Part shown: positions 38,301 to 52,850 of the stretch, one piece after another | Layout of the letters: every line of letters begins with the position of its first letter | How positions within the stretch are numbered: the first letter of the stretch is position 1 | DNA from: the human T2T-CHM13v2.0 reference genome, Homo sapiens | Reading direction: 5' to 3' (one strand) | Assembly (NCBI RefSeq): GCF_009914755.1 | Contig: NC_060926.1 | DNA: 64,000 bases | The notes under the pieces: model-generated | What the model saw: only the letters and a program-made list of their open reading frames with translations | What the model was told of the DNA's origin: nothing | Database searches by the model: none | Made by a program: the position numbers and the translations under genes

Positions 38301-40566
38301 AGTATCCTGTGAATTTAAAACCTACTTTTAAACCTCTGTGAGGTAATGTTGCAACTAGATATTTTTTTCCTGTCATCTAACCCTAAACTTTTGGTACTCC
38401 ATGATCCAAGTGCGATCTCAGGCCTCAAGCCTGAATGAGTCTCAGCCCTGGAATCACTAGTTGATTTTCTATGTGCAAAGTTCAAGCAAAGTGCAGGGTT
38501 TTTGGAATCCAGCTTTGGTGCATCTCATCCTGTAACTATGATATATGATAAAAGGAAAAATTGCAGCCAAACTTGACTATGTTCAAAGCAAGGTGCCAGT
38601 GAAACGATGGGATGGAAAATAAGTCCTAAAGGATTAATGGCCCATGATAAATGTTTTATTATAAGAGCTTGTGAATGATTAGATAATTCTTACTTCCAAG
38701 AGTAGAATTTAAATATTTCTGCCTGGCTTGTTACCAAAGTAAATAAATCACTTAACTATCGGTTAATAGTCGAATCTTTATGCGCAAAAATAAAATATAG
38801 GAAAGGTAATTTTTCTTGTCAATAATCAGTCTAACTTATTCACTGCTTATTTTTTAAATGATATTTACTGCTAGTTGAACCAACTAAGAAAATAAAAACA
38901 TTTTCAGTAAATTATAAAAGATATTCTATTTGACACCTATCCATTTAACAAAATAAAAATAAAGTATAGTGAGGAATATTCTGGCTGCTGTAGTTGTTAG
39001 TAGAAATCAAACATTTAATGAAATAGTTTTCTCATTTGTGAAAGTATTTATAACTATTCCAGGACAATTCTCCCCTCACTAACACCCACACGATTCCCAC
39101 TGAGTGTAACATGTGCCTCTTTGAGGGTAGAATCCAAATATGGTGTCCATTTGAGCTAATTTTCTTCTCAATGTGCTGAGGTCAGATTCTCTTGGACAAC
39201 CTTATGAATCCAATTGATATTTTTAATAGCCTGGAAGCTTATATACCTATTGATTTAAGCCTGAGGAAAAAATAGAGGAAAAAATATTGCTCACTTAATC
39301 GGAAAGTGTGGTTGAAATGCCTCTTGTACCTGGATCAGTGATTTGGTTTTACTGGCTTTCACTCAACTCTTTCTTGTCATTTTCAGATACAGCTATTATA
39401 AAGAACAACTGTTTTGTTCTGATCATGTTTTTACACATTGCATGTTATCTTCCTCCTAAGACACTTCAGAGCTTTAAAAGGACCATTGGGAACCTCGGCG
39501 TAAGGCACATCTGGGAGTATCTTTTGTCTTTTGAATCAACATAATCAAGAAGTATTTCATAATAGGTACTACAGAGTCTTTGAAATGAACTAGTAGGTTG
39601 TGAAAGTCCTTTGTAAACTCAGAAGTGGTTTTTTAAAAATGTTTTTATTTCAATAGCTTTACAAGTGGTTTTTTGTTACTTGGATGAATTGTATAGTGGC
39701 AAAGTCTAAGGTTTTAGTGTACACATCATCCAAATAGTGTACACTATACCGAACAGGTCGTTTTTCCTCCCTTACTCCCCATCCACCCTCCTCCCTTCTG
39801 AGTCTCCAGTGTGCATTATACCACTCTGTATGCCTTTATGTACCCATAGCTTAGTGCCCACTTATGAGGGAGAACGTGCAGTATTTGGTTTTTGATTTTT
39901 GAATTACTTCTCTTAGAATAACGGTCTCCAGTTCCATTCAAGTTGCTGCAAGATACATTATTTCATTCTTTTTAAGGCTAGGTAGTATTCCATGGTATGG
40001 AATTGGTATGGAATACTACATTTTTATGGCTAGGTAGTATTCCATGGTATGGAATACTACATTTTCTTTATCCACTCATCGGTTAATGAGCATTTCGGTT
40101 GATCCTATATCTTTGCAATTGTGAATTATGCTGTGATAAACATATGCGTGTAGCTGTCTTTTTTATTTAGTGACTTCTTTTCTTTGGGGTAACTACCCAG
40201 TAGTGTGATTGCTGGATGAAATGTTAGATTTGCTTTTTGTTTTTTTGAGAAATTTCCATACTGTTTTCCATAGGAGTTGTGCTAATTTACATTCTCACCA
40301 GCAGTGTATAAACATTCCTTTTTCACCACATCCACACCAACATCTATTGTTTTTGACTTTTTAATAATGGTCATTCTGGCTGGGGTAAGGTGATATATCA
40401 TTGTTGTTTTAATTTGCATTTCCTTGATGATTAGTGATGTTGAGCATTTTTAAAAATCTTTATTGGCCATTGTATATCTATTCACGTCTTTTGCTCACTT
40501 TTTAATGGGATTATTTGTTGTTTTCTTGCTGACGTGCTTGAGTTCCTTGTAGATTCTGGATATTAG

Positions 40567-40944
<378 letters not shown>

Positions 40945-41549
40945 CAGGTTGTCTGTTTATTCAAAAGATTATTTCTTTCACTGTGCAGCTTTTTAGCTTA
41001 ATAAGGTCTCACTTATTTATTTTTGTTTTTGTTAGCATTTGCTTTTGGGATCTTAGTCATAAATTCTCTGCTTAGGCCAATGTCCAGAAGTTTTACTTAG
41101 GTTTCATTCCAGAATTTATGTGGTTTAAGGTCTTATATTTGAATCCATCTTGAGTTAACTTTTGTGTATGGTGAGAGATAGAGATGCAGTTTCATTCTTC
41201 TACATGTAGCTATCCAAACTTCCCAGAACCATTAATTGAATAGGATGTCCTTTCTCCAATTGATGTTTTTGTATGCTTTGTCAAATCTCAATTGGTTGTA
41301 AATGTTTGGATTTATTTCTAGATTCTCTATTCTGTTCCATTGATCTATGTGTCTACTTTTATACCAGTACCGTGCTGTTTGGGTATTTATAGCCTTGTAG
41401 TATAATTTGAAGTTGGGTAATATGATGCCTCCAGATTTATTCTTTTGGCTTAGTATTGCTTTGGCTATTTGGGCTCTTTTTTGGTTCCCTATAAACCAAA
41501 AAATATTATTTTTTCTTTTTAGAAATTAGAAATAACAATCTTAATTGTT

Positions 41550-41672
41550 AATGATGTTGGTATTTTCATAGGAATTGCATTGAATCTGTAAATTGCTTTG
41601 GGCAGTATAAAAAATGATGTTGGTATTTTCATAGGAATTGCATTGAATCTGTAGATTGCTCTGGGCAGTATA
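41550..41672. repeat. 63-bp-period tandem duplication inside L1PB ORF2
   Basis: aatgatgttggtattttcataggaattgcattgaatctgta..gggcagtata at 41550 and 41613; 2 mismatches. Confidence 0.95.
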
Positions 41673-42335
41673 GTCATTCTTATGAAATTGATTCTTCAAA
41701 CTCATAAACATGGAATGTATTTCCATTTGTTTGTGTCATTTATGACTTCTCTCAGCAGTGTTTTATAGTTTTTTTTTTGTAGAGAGCTTTGATTTCTTTG
41801 GATAAGTATATTCCTAGTATATACTTTTTAATTTGATGCTTAGCTTGGGCATTGTTGGTGTATAGCAGTGCTACTGACTTGTGTACATTGGTTTTGTTAT
41901 CTGAGGCTTTGCTGAATTCATTAATCAGATCTAGGACTCTTTTGGAGGAGTCTTGAGGGTTTTCTAGGTATAAGATTTTATCGTTGGCAGACAGCAATAG
42001 TTTGACTTTTTCTTTTCCAATTTGGATGCCATTTATTTTGTTTTTCTTGCCTGATTGTTCTGGCTAGGACTTCCAGTACTATGTTGAAAAGAAGTGGTGA
42101 AAGTGGGGATCCTTGTCTTCTTCCAGTTCTCAGGGAGAATGCTTTCAACTTTTCTCCATTCAGCATGATGTTGGCTGTGGGTTTGTCATGTATGGCTTTT
42201 ACTATTTTTAGGTATGTTTCTTCTATGCCCAGTTTGTTGAGAGTTTGTATCATAGAGGAATGCCAGATTTTATCAAAGACTTTTCTTTGTCTATTGAGAT
42301 GATCATATGTTTTTTGTTTTAAATTCTTTTTATGT

Positions 42336-42844
42336 TTGCTGAGAATGATGGTTTCCAGCTTCATCCATGTCCCTACAAAGGACATGAACTCATCATTTTT
42401 ATGGCTGCATAATATTCCATGGTGTATATGTGCCAAATTTTCTTAATCCAGTCTATCATTGTTGGACATTTGGCTTGGTTCCAAGTCTTTGCTATTGTGA
42501 ATGGTGCCGCAATAAACATATGTGTGCATGTGTCTTTGTAGCAGCATGATTTATAATCCTTTGGGTATATACCCAAAACTATCGCAAGGACAAAAAACCA
42601 AACACCGCATGTTCTCACTGATAGGTGGGAACTGAACAATGAGAACACATGGACACAGGAAGGGGAACATCACACACCGGGGCCTGTTGTGGGGTGGGGG
42701 GAGTGGGGAGGGATGGCTTTAGGAGATATACCTAATGTTAAATGACGAGTTGGTGGGTGCAGCACACCAACATGGCACATGTATACATATGTAACTAACC
42801 TGCACGTTGTGCACATGTACCCTAAAACGTAAAGTATAATAAAA
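42336..42844 (+). mobile_element. Young L1PA (L1PA3/4-like), 5'-truncated with 5' inversion (twin priming)
   Basis: Inverted segment 42336-42575, sense segment 42576-42844 ending aaagtataataaaa; perfect 15-bp TSD aaattctttttatgt (42321-42335, 42845-42859). Confidence 0.95.
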
Positions 42845-45167
42845 AAATTCTTTTTATGTGATGAATCACATTTATTGACCTGCATATGTTGAATCATCCA
42901 TGGAATAAAACCCACTTTATAATGGTCAATTTTTTTGATGTGCATTGAATTCAGTTTGCTATTATTTTGTTGAGAAATTTTGTGTATATATTCATAAGAG
43001 ATACTGGTGTGTAATTTTCTTTTTTTGTTATGTTCTTTTCTGGCTTTTGTATCATGGTGATACTGCCTTCATAGAATGAGTTAGGAAGGATTCCCTCCTA
43101 CATCTTTTGGAATAGTTTTAGTAGAATTAGTACCAATTCTTCTTTGTCTGGAAGAATTTGTGAATCCATCTGGCTCTGGGCTTTTTTTGTCAGATTTTTA
43201 AAATTTTTAAAAAATTCCTGAGTCAATCTCACTGCTTGTTATGGTCTGTTAAGTGTTTCTGTTTATTTCTGATTCAAGTTAAGGGGGATGTATGTTTCCA
43301 AGGGTTATCCATTTCCTCTGGATTTTCTAGTTAGCGTGCAGAGAGCTGTGGTATTTATAGTAGTCTCAAATCCTCTTTTGTATTTCTGTGGCATCAGTTA
43401 TAATGTCTCCATTTTAATTTTTAATTGGGCTTATTTGAATCTTCTGTCTTCATTTCCTGGTGAACATAGATAGTTTTGTTTATCTTTTCAGATAACCACC
43501 TTTTTATTTCATTGATTTTTTGTTTTGTTTGGTTTTTTGATTTCAATTTTCTTTGGTTCTGCTCTGATCTTCGTTATTTCTTTTCTTTCGCTACCTTTGG
43601 GTTTGGTTTGCTCTTATTCCTCTAATTCCTTGAGGTGTGAAGTTAGGTTGTCAATTTGTAATCTTTCAGACTTTTTTAATGTAGTCATTTAGTGCTATAA
43701 ACTTTCCTTTTAGCAGTGCTTTTGCTGTATCCCAGAGGTTTTTATAACTTTCATCACTGTTATCATTCATGTTATTAATTTCATTGTTAACCAAGAAATC
43801 ATTCAGAAGCATATCATTCAATTTCCATGTATTTGTACAGTTTTCAGGGTTCCTTTTCAAATTTATTTCTAGTTTTATTCCACTGTGGTCTGAGAAGATA
43901 TGTGATATGATTTTGATTTTTTAAAATTTATTTGTTCCAGAGTGCAGTATAAGTCCAATGTTTGTTGTCTTTCTGCCTCAATGATCTGTCTAATATTGTC
44001 AGTAGAGTGCTGGTGTCTCCCACTATTTTTGTGTTACTGCCTATTTCTTTTCCTAGGTCTGGTGGTAATTGCTTTATAAATCTGGGAGCTCTGGAGTTAG
44101 GTGCATATATATTTAGGATTGCTATAACTTCTTGTTAAATTGATCTTTTTATCATTATAAAATGATCTTCTTTGTTTTGTTTTACTGTTGATGCTTTAAA
44201 ATGTGTTTTATCTGATATAAAAGTAGCTATTATTGCTCGCTTTTGGTTTCCATTTCTGTGAAATATCTTTTTCTACCCCTTTACCTGAAGTCTATAAGAA
44301 TCCTTATGTATCAAGTGTGTCTCCTGAAGACAGTAGATATTTGATTTGTGGTTTTTTAAATCCATTCTGCCAATCTGTATCTTTTAAGTGGAGCATTTAA
44401 CATTCAATGTTAATATTGAGATGTGAGATACTGTTCCAGTCATTATGTCAATTGTTACCTAGTGACTTTGTTTTCATCATTGTGTTATTGTTTTATAAGC
44501 CCTCTGAATTTTATGCTTTCAGGAATTTCTCTTCTGGTGTATGTCAACCTTTTGTTTCAAGATTTAGAAGTCCTTTTAACATTTCTTGTAGGACTGGTCA
44601 AGTATTGACAAATTCCTTCAGTATTTGCTAATCTGGGAGAGACATTTTTCTCCTTAATTTATGAAACTTAGTTTTTCTGGAGACAAAATTCTTGACTGAC
44701 AGTGATTCTGTTTAAGGAGACTAAAGATGTGATCCAAATCCCTTATGGCTTGGAAGGTTTCTGCTGAGAAATCTGCTGTTAGTCTGCTGTTAGGTTTTTC
44801 TTTTGCAGGTTATCTGATGCTTTTATCCCATTGCTCTTAGAGTTCTTCCCTCCAGATTGATTTTAGATAGCCTGATGACTATATGCCTTGGTGATGTCCT
44901 TTTTGCAATGAGTCTCCCACAAGTTATTTGAGCTTCTTGTGTTTTGATGTCTGAATCTCTATCAAGACCAGGGAAGTTTTCCTCAATTATTCACTTAAAT
45001 AGGTTGTCCAAACATTTTGGTTTTTCTTCTCTCTCAGGAACGACTATAATTCTTAGGTTTGGCAGTTTAACATGATCCCATATTACTTGGATACCTTTGT
45101 TAATTTATTTTAGTTATTTTTTCATTATTTTTGCCTGATTGAGTTAATTCAAAAGCCTTGCCTTTGA

Positions 45168-45479
<312 letters not shown>

Positions 45480-48400
45480 CATTTTTTTTATTTCTGTAAA
45501 TGTGTCTTTGATTTCCAGAAATTTTGATTGAGTTTTTTTAAATGTCATCTGTTTAGAAAATTTTTCATTCATATCCCAAATTTTTAACAAAGTTTTTTAT
45601 GTTGTTTTTCACCTTTGTCTTATATCTCCTTGAATAATGTAATAATCAGCCTTTTGAATTATTTATCTAGTGTTTCAAAGTTTTCATCTTGGCTTGGGTC
45701 CACTGCTGGAAAGCTAGTGTGATCTTTTGGGGGTGTAATAGATCTTTATTTTCTTCATATTGCCAGAATTATTTTTCTGGTTTCTTCTCATTTGGGTAGA
45801 CTATTTCTTCTAATTATAATTGAATTTGTTTTTTATTCAACTGGGTTTAAAAATTTTTTTTCTACTTGAGAATGCGACTTTAATGTTTATAGTTTGTTGT
45901 CACCTAACGTTGGCTCTGAGTGTTTTTATTGGCAGAAACTCTGTATGAGTTCTTGGTTATAGAGAATCTTTGTATGATGGCTTTCTCAGATGTTGGTTAT
46001 AGTAGGTATGTACTGGATATGTGAGCAGGTTCACTGTCTCCTGTGGGGCTGGAATGCCAGAGGTCTAATAAAGCTTATCTTCTTCCCCAGTGGAGTGCAT
46101 TTTAAACTTTTTTTTTCCCCAGTATCTTACTTGCTGGGTTGAACAGTTCAAAATTTAGGCCCGTAGGGGTTGCCCACAGGTAAAAACTGACTGTGGCTAA
46201 AACAGATGGGTAAATGCAATACCCCAATGATGGGCAGAAGTGGGCAGAGGTCTCAGCCTTGACAGAGGCAGTTGGGGAAGCTCTCAGTGAAATGCACTGT
46301 TCTTTTCAGGGGGAAGTGAGGGAGCCACCACAGCTGTCCTTCCAGACCAGCAAGAAAGCAATCACCAGTCACACTCCTGAATTGGTGTTCCAGTGATTCA
46401 GTCAGACAGGCACCTCTTTTCATCTACAGAAATGCTGATGTTCCACATAGATAGGGATTGTGTGACCTTGAACCTGGAGGACACTCCTCCTGTGGAAATA
46501 CAGTCACCCTGAAGTGTTCTAGAAAGGCTATCTACTGATGCATCCATGCTGAACTCCCGTGGGAGAAGCCCCAACTCTGTCTGCAGTGGTGGGTGAGGGG
46601 TAGAAGTTTCCTTCTCTAAGACCCTTCATGAACACTGAGGCTGCCTGACTGTTGGGGTAGAATTGCAGACTTTCCCCATTGAGTCCAGCATTGCACCTTT
46701 GCTTCGGCTGAAAGAAACATCCCACAAGAGGAAAGTTCAGAGACTGAAGACCTACAGCCTGGTTTCTTCAGTTCCATGTAGTGCTCCCTTAATGTGATGC
46801 ATTCCCCCTTTTTCTAGGAGTAGCAGTCCCTGAGACCAGACTACTGTGGATCCTGCTGCTATTCTGGGTCTCGCTGCCCACTGGGGCTGCCATATTTAGG
46901 CTGGTGCTGGGGAATGTCTGCAAGGGACTCAATGAGGTGACCTGTCTTCTAGTCTCCCAGTAGCAGGTACAAGCACCACCTCTCATTGGGGGAGGGTGAG
47001 GAATGACGTATACTCTGAGATTCTGAGATTTTCCTTATTACCAGTAGCCTTAATGTATTGGCTTTCTCAAATTCCAGCAGTAGTAGTAATGAACTAGGTT
47101 CATGGACAAACTCAAGACCTCCTGGTTAGGCAGGGTGATGCAGGCAATGGCAATACCTGAGGTCATGCAAAATTTTTTTTCTTCCTAAGTGCTATGCTAT
47201 TGTGCCTGACGATGCTGTAATGGGCTCTGCTGGGTGGCTTCCAGCAAGGAGGTGGAACCTGCAAAGGAGCACTATCTGCAGTGGTAGCTGTGGAATTTAT
47301 GCTTGCTTTATGTTACCCAGGGGAGGTACTCTGGTGTCTCGGGCAATGCGGTGAGGGTGGAGGGGATGGTCATGGAGCTCCCAAACATCCCTGTCCATTG
47401 TATTATGCTGCTAGGGCTGCTGGAGGGGCAAAGCCAGGTGGGAGCTGGGTCAGACAATCATACTCTGGCTCCCCACATATGTGTGCAAGCTGCAGCCCCA
47501 GTGGTGTTAACATGGCAGTTCTCTGGCTGCTGGGGTAATGTTCTAGAGAGAAGTGCAGCTGCCTCAGATACACAAAATAATCCTCATAGGGAGTGGTGTG
47601 TAGTAGGTGGAAGTATGCCCCATTCAGCTCCTACACACTTGTCAAGGCAGTTCTCACACCCATAGTGTTCTGCTAGCAGCAGATAGCTGGGTTCCAGGCA
47701 GCCTGTACTCAGAACTCAGAACTATCCCAGGCCATAAGCATTCCAGACGAAGACAGAAACTGTGGCTTTCAGGCCACGCCCCTCCTGGTCTGCCCATGAA
47801 GTAGGGGCATTCAGCTCCTGTGTGCATGACTGTAGCCACTTCCCACTTGCTCTTCAGTTCTGGCCAACAGGGCGCATCCCCACTCAAGACTATATCACAA
47901 ATCTCAGTTGGAAGCTTCTCTCAACCTTTGACCGCTGCCTGAGTTAGCTGACAGACTTCCGAGAGGTCCTCTAGTAGGATCAAGAATGGCTTCCCTCCAT
48001 CCCTGCTGGATTCTGGGAGTGCACACAAAGCATGTCCCAATGCTGTTCCTTCTTATATACTCCCTACTACTCACTAAATCAGCTCCAGTGCTAGGTAGGG
48101 TTAAGGCCTTTCTACCTAACCTGGATTTCCTGGCTCCCCTGTGGGAGTGTGTGTCACAGAGGCTCTCTCCTCTTCTCACACTCTGAAGACTCACAGTTTT
48201 CTATCTGGTTCACAGTGAAGGGTACTGCCTGCCATTTGTTTCAAAGGGTCTGTGGTTTCTTCTTAGTTTTTCTGTTAAATTCCCATGGTTCTTCTTGGAA
48301 AAAAGCTAACATTGTGAATCTCTACATACTACTGTGTCTTTCCAAGTAGAAGAGGCGTGCTAACAATGCCTCCATCTGCCATCTTGGGGAAAAAAACAAA

Positions 48401-50511
48401 CAACAACAACAACAACAGAAACCTGAAATGTTTTAAAGATGACAAATGATAGCATCCTTATGCATTGTTCTGTGATCAAAATAATTGATAGTTAGACATT
48501 ACATTGTTTAGCAGTGCATAGCACATAGTAGATGTTCATGCATTTTATTTTTTTAATAGACACCTCTTTGTTGTTTTTGTCACGTCAACAAAACCCATCT
48601 GATAAATGGCTCTAGTTTGTCACCATTTTCCTGAGCTGCCAAGCTAAAATTTGATGTTCTTACTTTCTGTTAACCAGAAATATGTTAGAAGAGAGTCTGG
48701 ATTTGTCCAAAATCCGCAGCTGTGTTTCAGCCTTAAGGCTGAAGCTTCTACAGGAAAGTTCTGCAGTTTTTTTAGTGCAAAGACTTGCAGAGTTAACAAA
48801 CTGTCATTTATTTAAAAATCAATCTGTATCTTGGAGATTGAATGTTTCAATTTTAATTGCTTAAATGTATAAAGAGAAGGGAAAATTAACAATATTAAAA
48901 ATAGAATTCTCTTTCCCATTCTTTCCAATTTGCCTTTTTTAATAAAGTTAATTTTATGAAAATAATTTGAATTATATATGGTTTTTAACATTAGGATACT
49001 ATTACATTTGCAAAGTGTCTCATGAATTGCTGATTAGAAAAACTGGATACCTGAAATTTTAAATACTCTTTATGAGACTGATAGATGGAAATGAAAATGT
49101 ATGTTTATTTACATATGTGTTTCTTAGGGCCAGAAGCTGTATCACATACAAAGCAGTTTTCCCTTTCTGGAATCTCACTGTGGGACATTGTGGGAAATAA
49201 ACAGTGGAAAAAATATATGGACTGTTCTGTGTTTCCCTTTGCAAGGTAAAGTGAGTTGAGTGGAGATCCCCAGTTGGTGTGATAAGGACTAAGATGGGGA
49301 AGGTGTAGTCCCTGGTGGGATTGAAGTCAGGTGTTGAGAGCAGGGGTTCATAACAAGAGTGCTTGGTACAGGATGAGGCTGGCTGGATGAACTGGTAGAT
49401 TGGTAGATGGCCTTGTCTAAAGGCCAAATTAAATTTCTTCTCTGTCCCTTTCTCAAATCATAAAAAAAGTATTTGGATTATGAAACTGGCCATTCTTCTG
49501 TATGCCAATGTCTGGTTGAAGGGACTATTCAGTCTGAAAGGATATCCAGTGAGAGGGAACAAATTCATAACATTTTAGAACAAAACTAAAGTCTAAATAT
49601 GATTGTATAGATGCATAATCAAGTTTAGAGGATTGAATACTCAAATACACATACACACACAATTAATTTCTTCACTAGAGAGCAAGTAACACATCATCTA
49701 TTCCACTTTTAGTGAGACTGACTTAATGAGGTTGATACTGAATTGCAGTGCAGGTTTCATATAAGAAAGAGAAAGAGAGAACACATGTGTATTCAGCAGG
49801 TACTATATACTTAGCACTATGCTGGCCACTTTACCAGTGTTATTTTATTTTATTCTTATAATGAGCTTGTGGTTTATGAGGGATGGGCAATGTCCAGTTA
49901 TGAGAAGAAAGGAAAAGAAGCTAAAAAATGTTGCTCAAATTCAGATGGCAGGTAGTTTTCAGATCCAAATTTGAGTCCTAGACTTATGCAGCCAAAACTA
50001 AGGGAATTTAAAAGCTCGGGTGAAGACTTTAAAAAATACGGTAATGTCTTTAATAGGTCTCAAATATGGTGTTCTTGCTTGTGAAATCTTGACATAGTCA
50101 CATTTTACCTCTCTTTATCTGGAAGTTTCATTAGTGCCACTGATGAAAACATATGATTTATATTATCTCGTTTTGCAGCATCAGTACTTGGAGTAGAGCA
50201 GCAATATAGAAGAGAATTCTTGTGAAAATGCAAAGAAAGATAGTAGAAATTAGGTGTGTTTATGTGTTCATATATGAAGTTATATAAGATTTAATGCCCT
50301 CAAAAAGACGTACATTGTCCAATTTGTTCCTGTTTTCCTAGAGCTTGCACTGGCACGAATGTAGAGTCTTTTATAGGGAGTGGTATCTAGTGTCATTCGG
50401 AGGATAATCTGAATCACTCATTGTGTTTAAAAGAAAATAGGTTTCTTTAAAATAAATATTTATCACAGATTTCCTTACACCAGAAAATGATTGTCTACCA
50501 TGTATAGTAAC

Positions 50512-50885
50512 TGATATGCTTTGGCTGTGTCCCCACCCAAATCTCATCTTGAATTGTAGTTCCCATAATCCTCATGTGTCATGGGAGGGACCTAGTGGGA
50601 GGTAATTTAATCATGGGGCAGTTACCCACATGCTGTTCTCATGATAGTGAGTGAGTTCTCATGAGATCTGATGGTTGTATAAGGGGCTTTTCCCCCTTTT
50701 GCTCTGCACTTCTCCTTGCTGCTGCCATATGAAGAAGGATGTGCTTGCTTCCCTTTCCACCATGATTGCAAGTTTCTTGAGGCCTCCTCAGCTTTATGGA
50801 ACTGTGAGTCAATTAAACCTATTTTCTTTATAAATTACTAAGTCTCAGGTATTTCTTCATAAAAGCGTGAGAATGAACTAATACA
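50512..50885 (+). mobile_element. THE1D solo LTR
   Basis: tgatatgctttggctgtgtcc...gaactaataca; perfect TSD gtaac. Confidence 0.96.
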
Positions 50886-51334
50886 GTAACCTTTGCTTAC
50901 TTTGCTGCAAATCTCCTTTCTCACCTGAAGAGTTAACCAGTAAGCATATAGAAACTTTCCTGGAACCCATCCTTACTCCTTATTGTTGTCATGTGTGATT
51001 GCAGCTTGCCCATTCAGATACCTTCTGTTTCTCCTATGAGAGAATCCTATGTGTGTATCTATATATGTGTGCATGGACATAGGAAATTGTAAGTAGTTAA
51101 GATTTCCTCTAGCATGTAGAAATTTTCCATTATCCTTACTCAAATGTCTTCCAAAATTTGTACATTAAAAGACATGCCTAATTTTTAACTTTGCAAAGTA
51201 GAGTGTCCTGTAAATGACCTGTATGTTATTGCTTCCCTAGTGCCTAGAGGAATGTGTGACAAATTGAACGGGGTAAGAGATGTGTGATAAACTCAATTTA
51301 ATGTGATGTTCTCTGTGGTCCTTTCGAAGCCTAA

Positions 51335-52850
51335 CATTCATTGATTTATTGATTCAGTGATTTAATATGTATTTGAGTACTACTACATGAATCATACTGT
51401 TGTAGACAATGGGATGTAACAGTGAACAACGAATGTTCTCCCTCATTAAATTTGCGTACTGATAAGGAAAGATGGATAATAAATATACAAATGAATAAAT
51501 AGGTAATAGAAGTAGTGAGCCAGGGGGTGTGATAAATGTTGTGAAAGAAAGTACAGTACAGTGCAAGGCACAGAGTTGGGGTCCTTTTTTTAGATAGGAT
51601 GGTCACATGAAACTTTCCTGATAAGATGCCATTTGAGTAGACAACCTGGAGGGAGTGAAATGTTAAGTGAGGCATATATTCACAAGGTAAGCATTGCAGG
51701 CAGAGTAGAGGCAAAAGTGAGAGAGTGATTTGGGTTTTAAGAAACAGCAAGCCCACAGTGTTCCAGGGCAGAGCAAAGGAGGTAGGTGAGGAAGTTGGGA
51801 AGTGGAGAGATGTAATTGGAGTCCAGCTCACACAGGGTTTTGGGGGCCAGGATAGGGACATCAGAAAGCCATTAGAGAATTTTGATCATAGGCGTATCAA
51901 GATATTGACACTCAACAGCAAAAAAGCCAGTCAATTTGACTGTATAATAATTTAAAGATATAATTTAAATATATGTTTTACAGGATCTCTTTGATCACTT
52001 TGTGAAAAATATACATTTGGGATCAAGTGTGGAAGCAAGTTCGGTTAGGAGTGTTGGAAAAAACCTGGGTGTGCAATGATGGTTGCTTGAACTAGGGTGG
52101 CAAAAAGTGCTTTGTTTTTAGAAATACTTCAGTGGTAGAGTCAAAGTAATTTGCTGACAGATTGGACATGAAGTATGAAAGAAGGAAAGGAGTCAAGGCT
52201 GACTCTAATTTTACGGGGGTGAGAGTGAGCTGCCACAACTTGAAGAATGGAATTTTTATTTCCTAAGATGAGGAATGCTGTAGGAGAAACTGGTTGTAGG
52301 AAATGAGCAGGTTAAGTTTGGAACTTCTATTAGAATTCAGACGAGAATGTTAAGAAAACCGTTGGAGACTAGTGTTCTATGACATCTGGACTGGCATTAT
52401 ACTTCGAGAGTCAACAGCATGTAGATGGTGTTTAAGTCTGTGGATCTGGTTGGCAGCACCAAGCAAGACAGAGTAGAAAGAAAAGGGATGAGATCTTAAG
52501 ACTGAGCTTTCACATGCTTTAGCATTTAAAAGTTGCAAGGTGACAGGAGGAACACAAAGAGACTGGAGAATAAAAGCAGCCAGTAAGCAAGCATCAACAA
52601 GGCGTTTGTTGGTGACAGTTGAAAGTAGCTGTTTTGGTTGATTGTGGAAACAGCCTGATTGGAGAGGAATAAGAAAAAATGGGAGGAGAGAAGAAGGGAT
52701 CAGGATTATGACTATTTCTTCTTAATGGTGTTATAAAGAGAAGGATAGAAATCTGGTGGTGGCTAGAGGGGATGTGGGTCAAGGGAGGAGTCTGGGTTCT
52801 CTCTTTTGTTTCTGATTTTAAGATGGCAAATGATTTGACATGTTATATAA
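51335..52850 (-). mobile_element. L2a LINE, long fragment
   Basis: Starts cattcattgatttattgattca; internal agatgccatttgagtagac, atttgctgacagattggacatg, ggagtcaaggctgactc, gtagatggtgtttaag. Confidence 0.85.

Noticed and set aside
51346-51861. 171-aa minus-strand ORF
   Set aside because: Lies inside decayed L2a; no recognisable domain.
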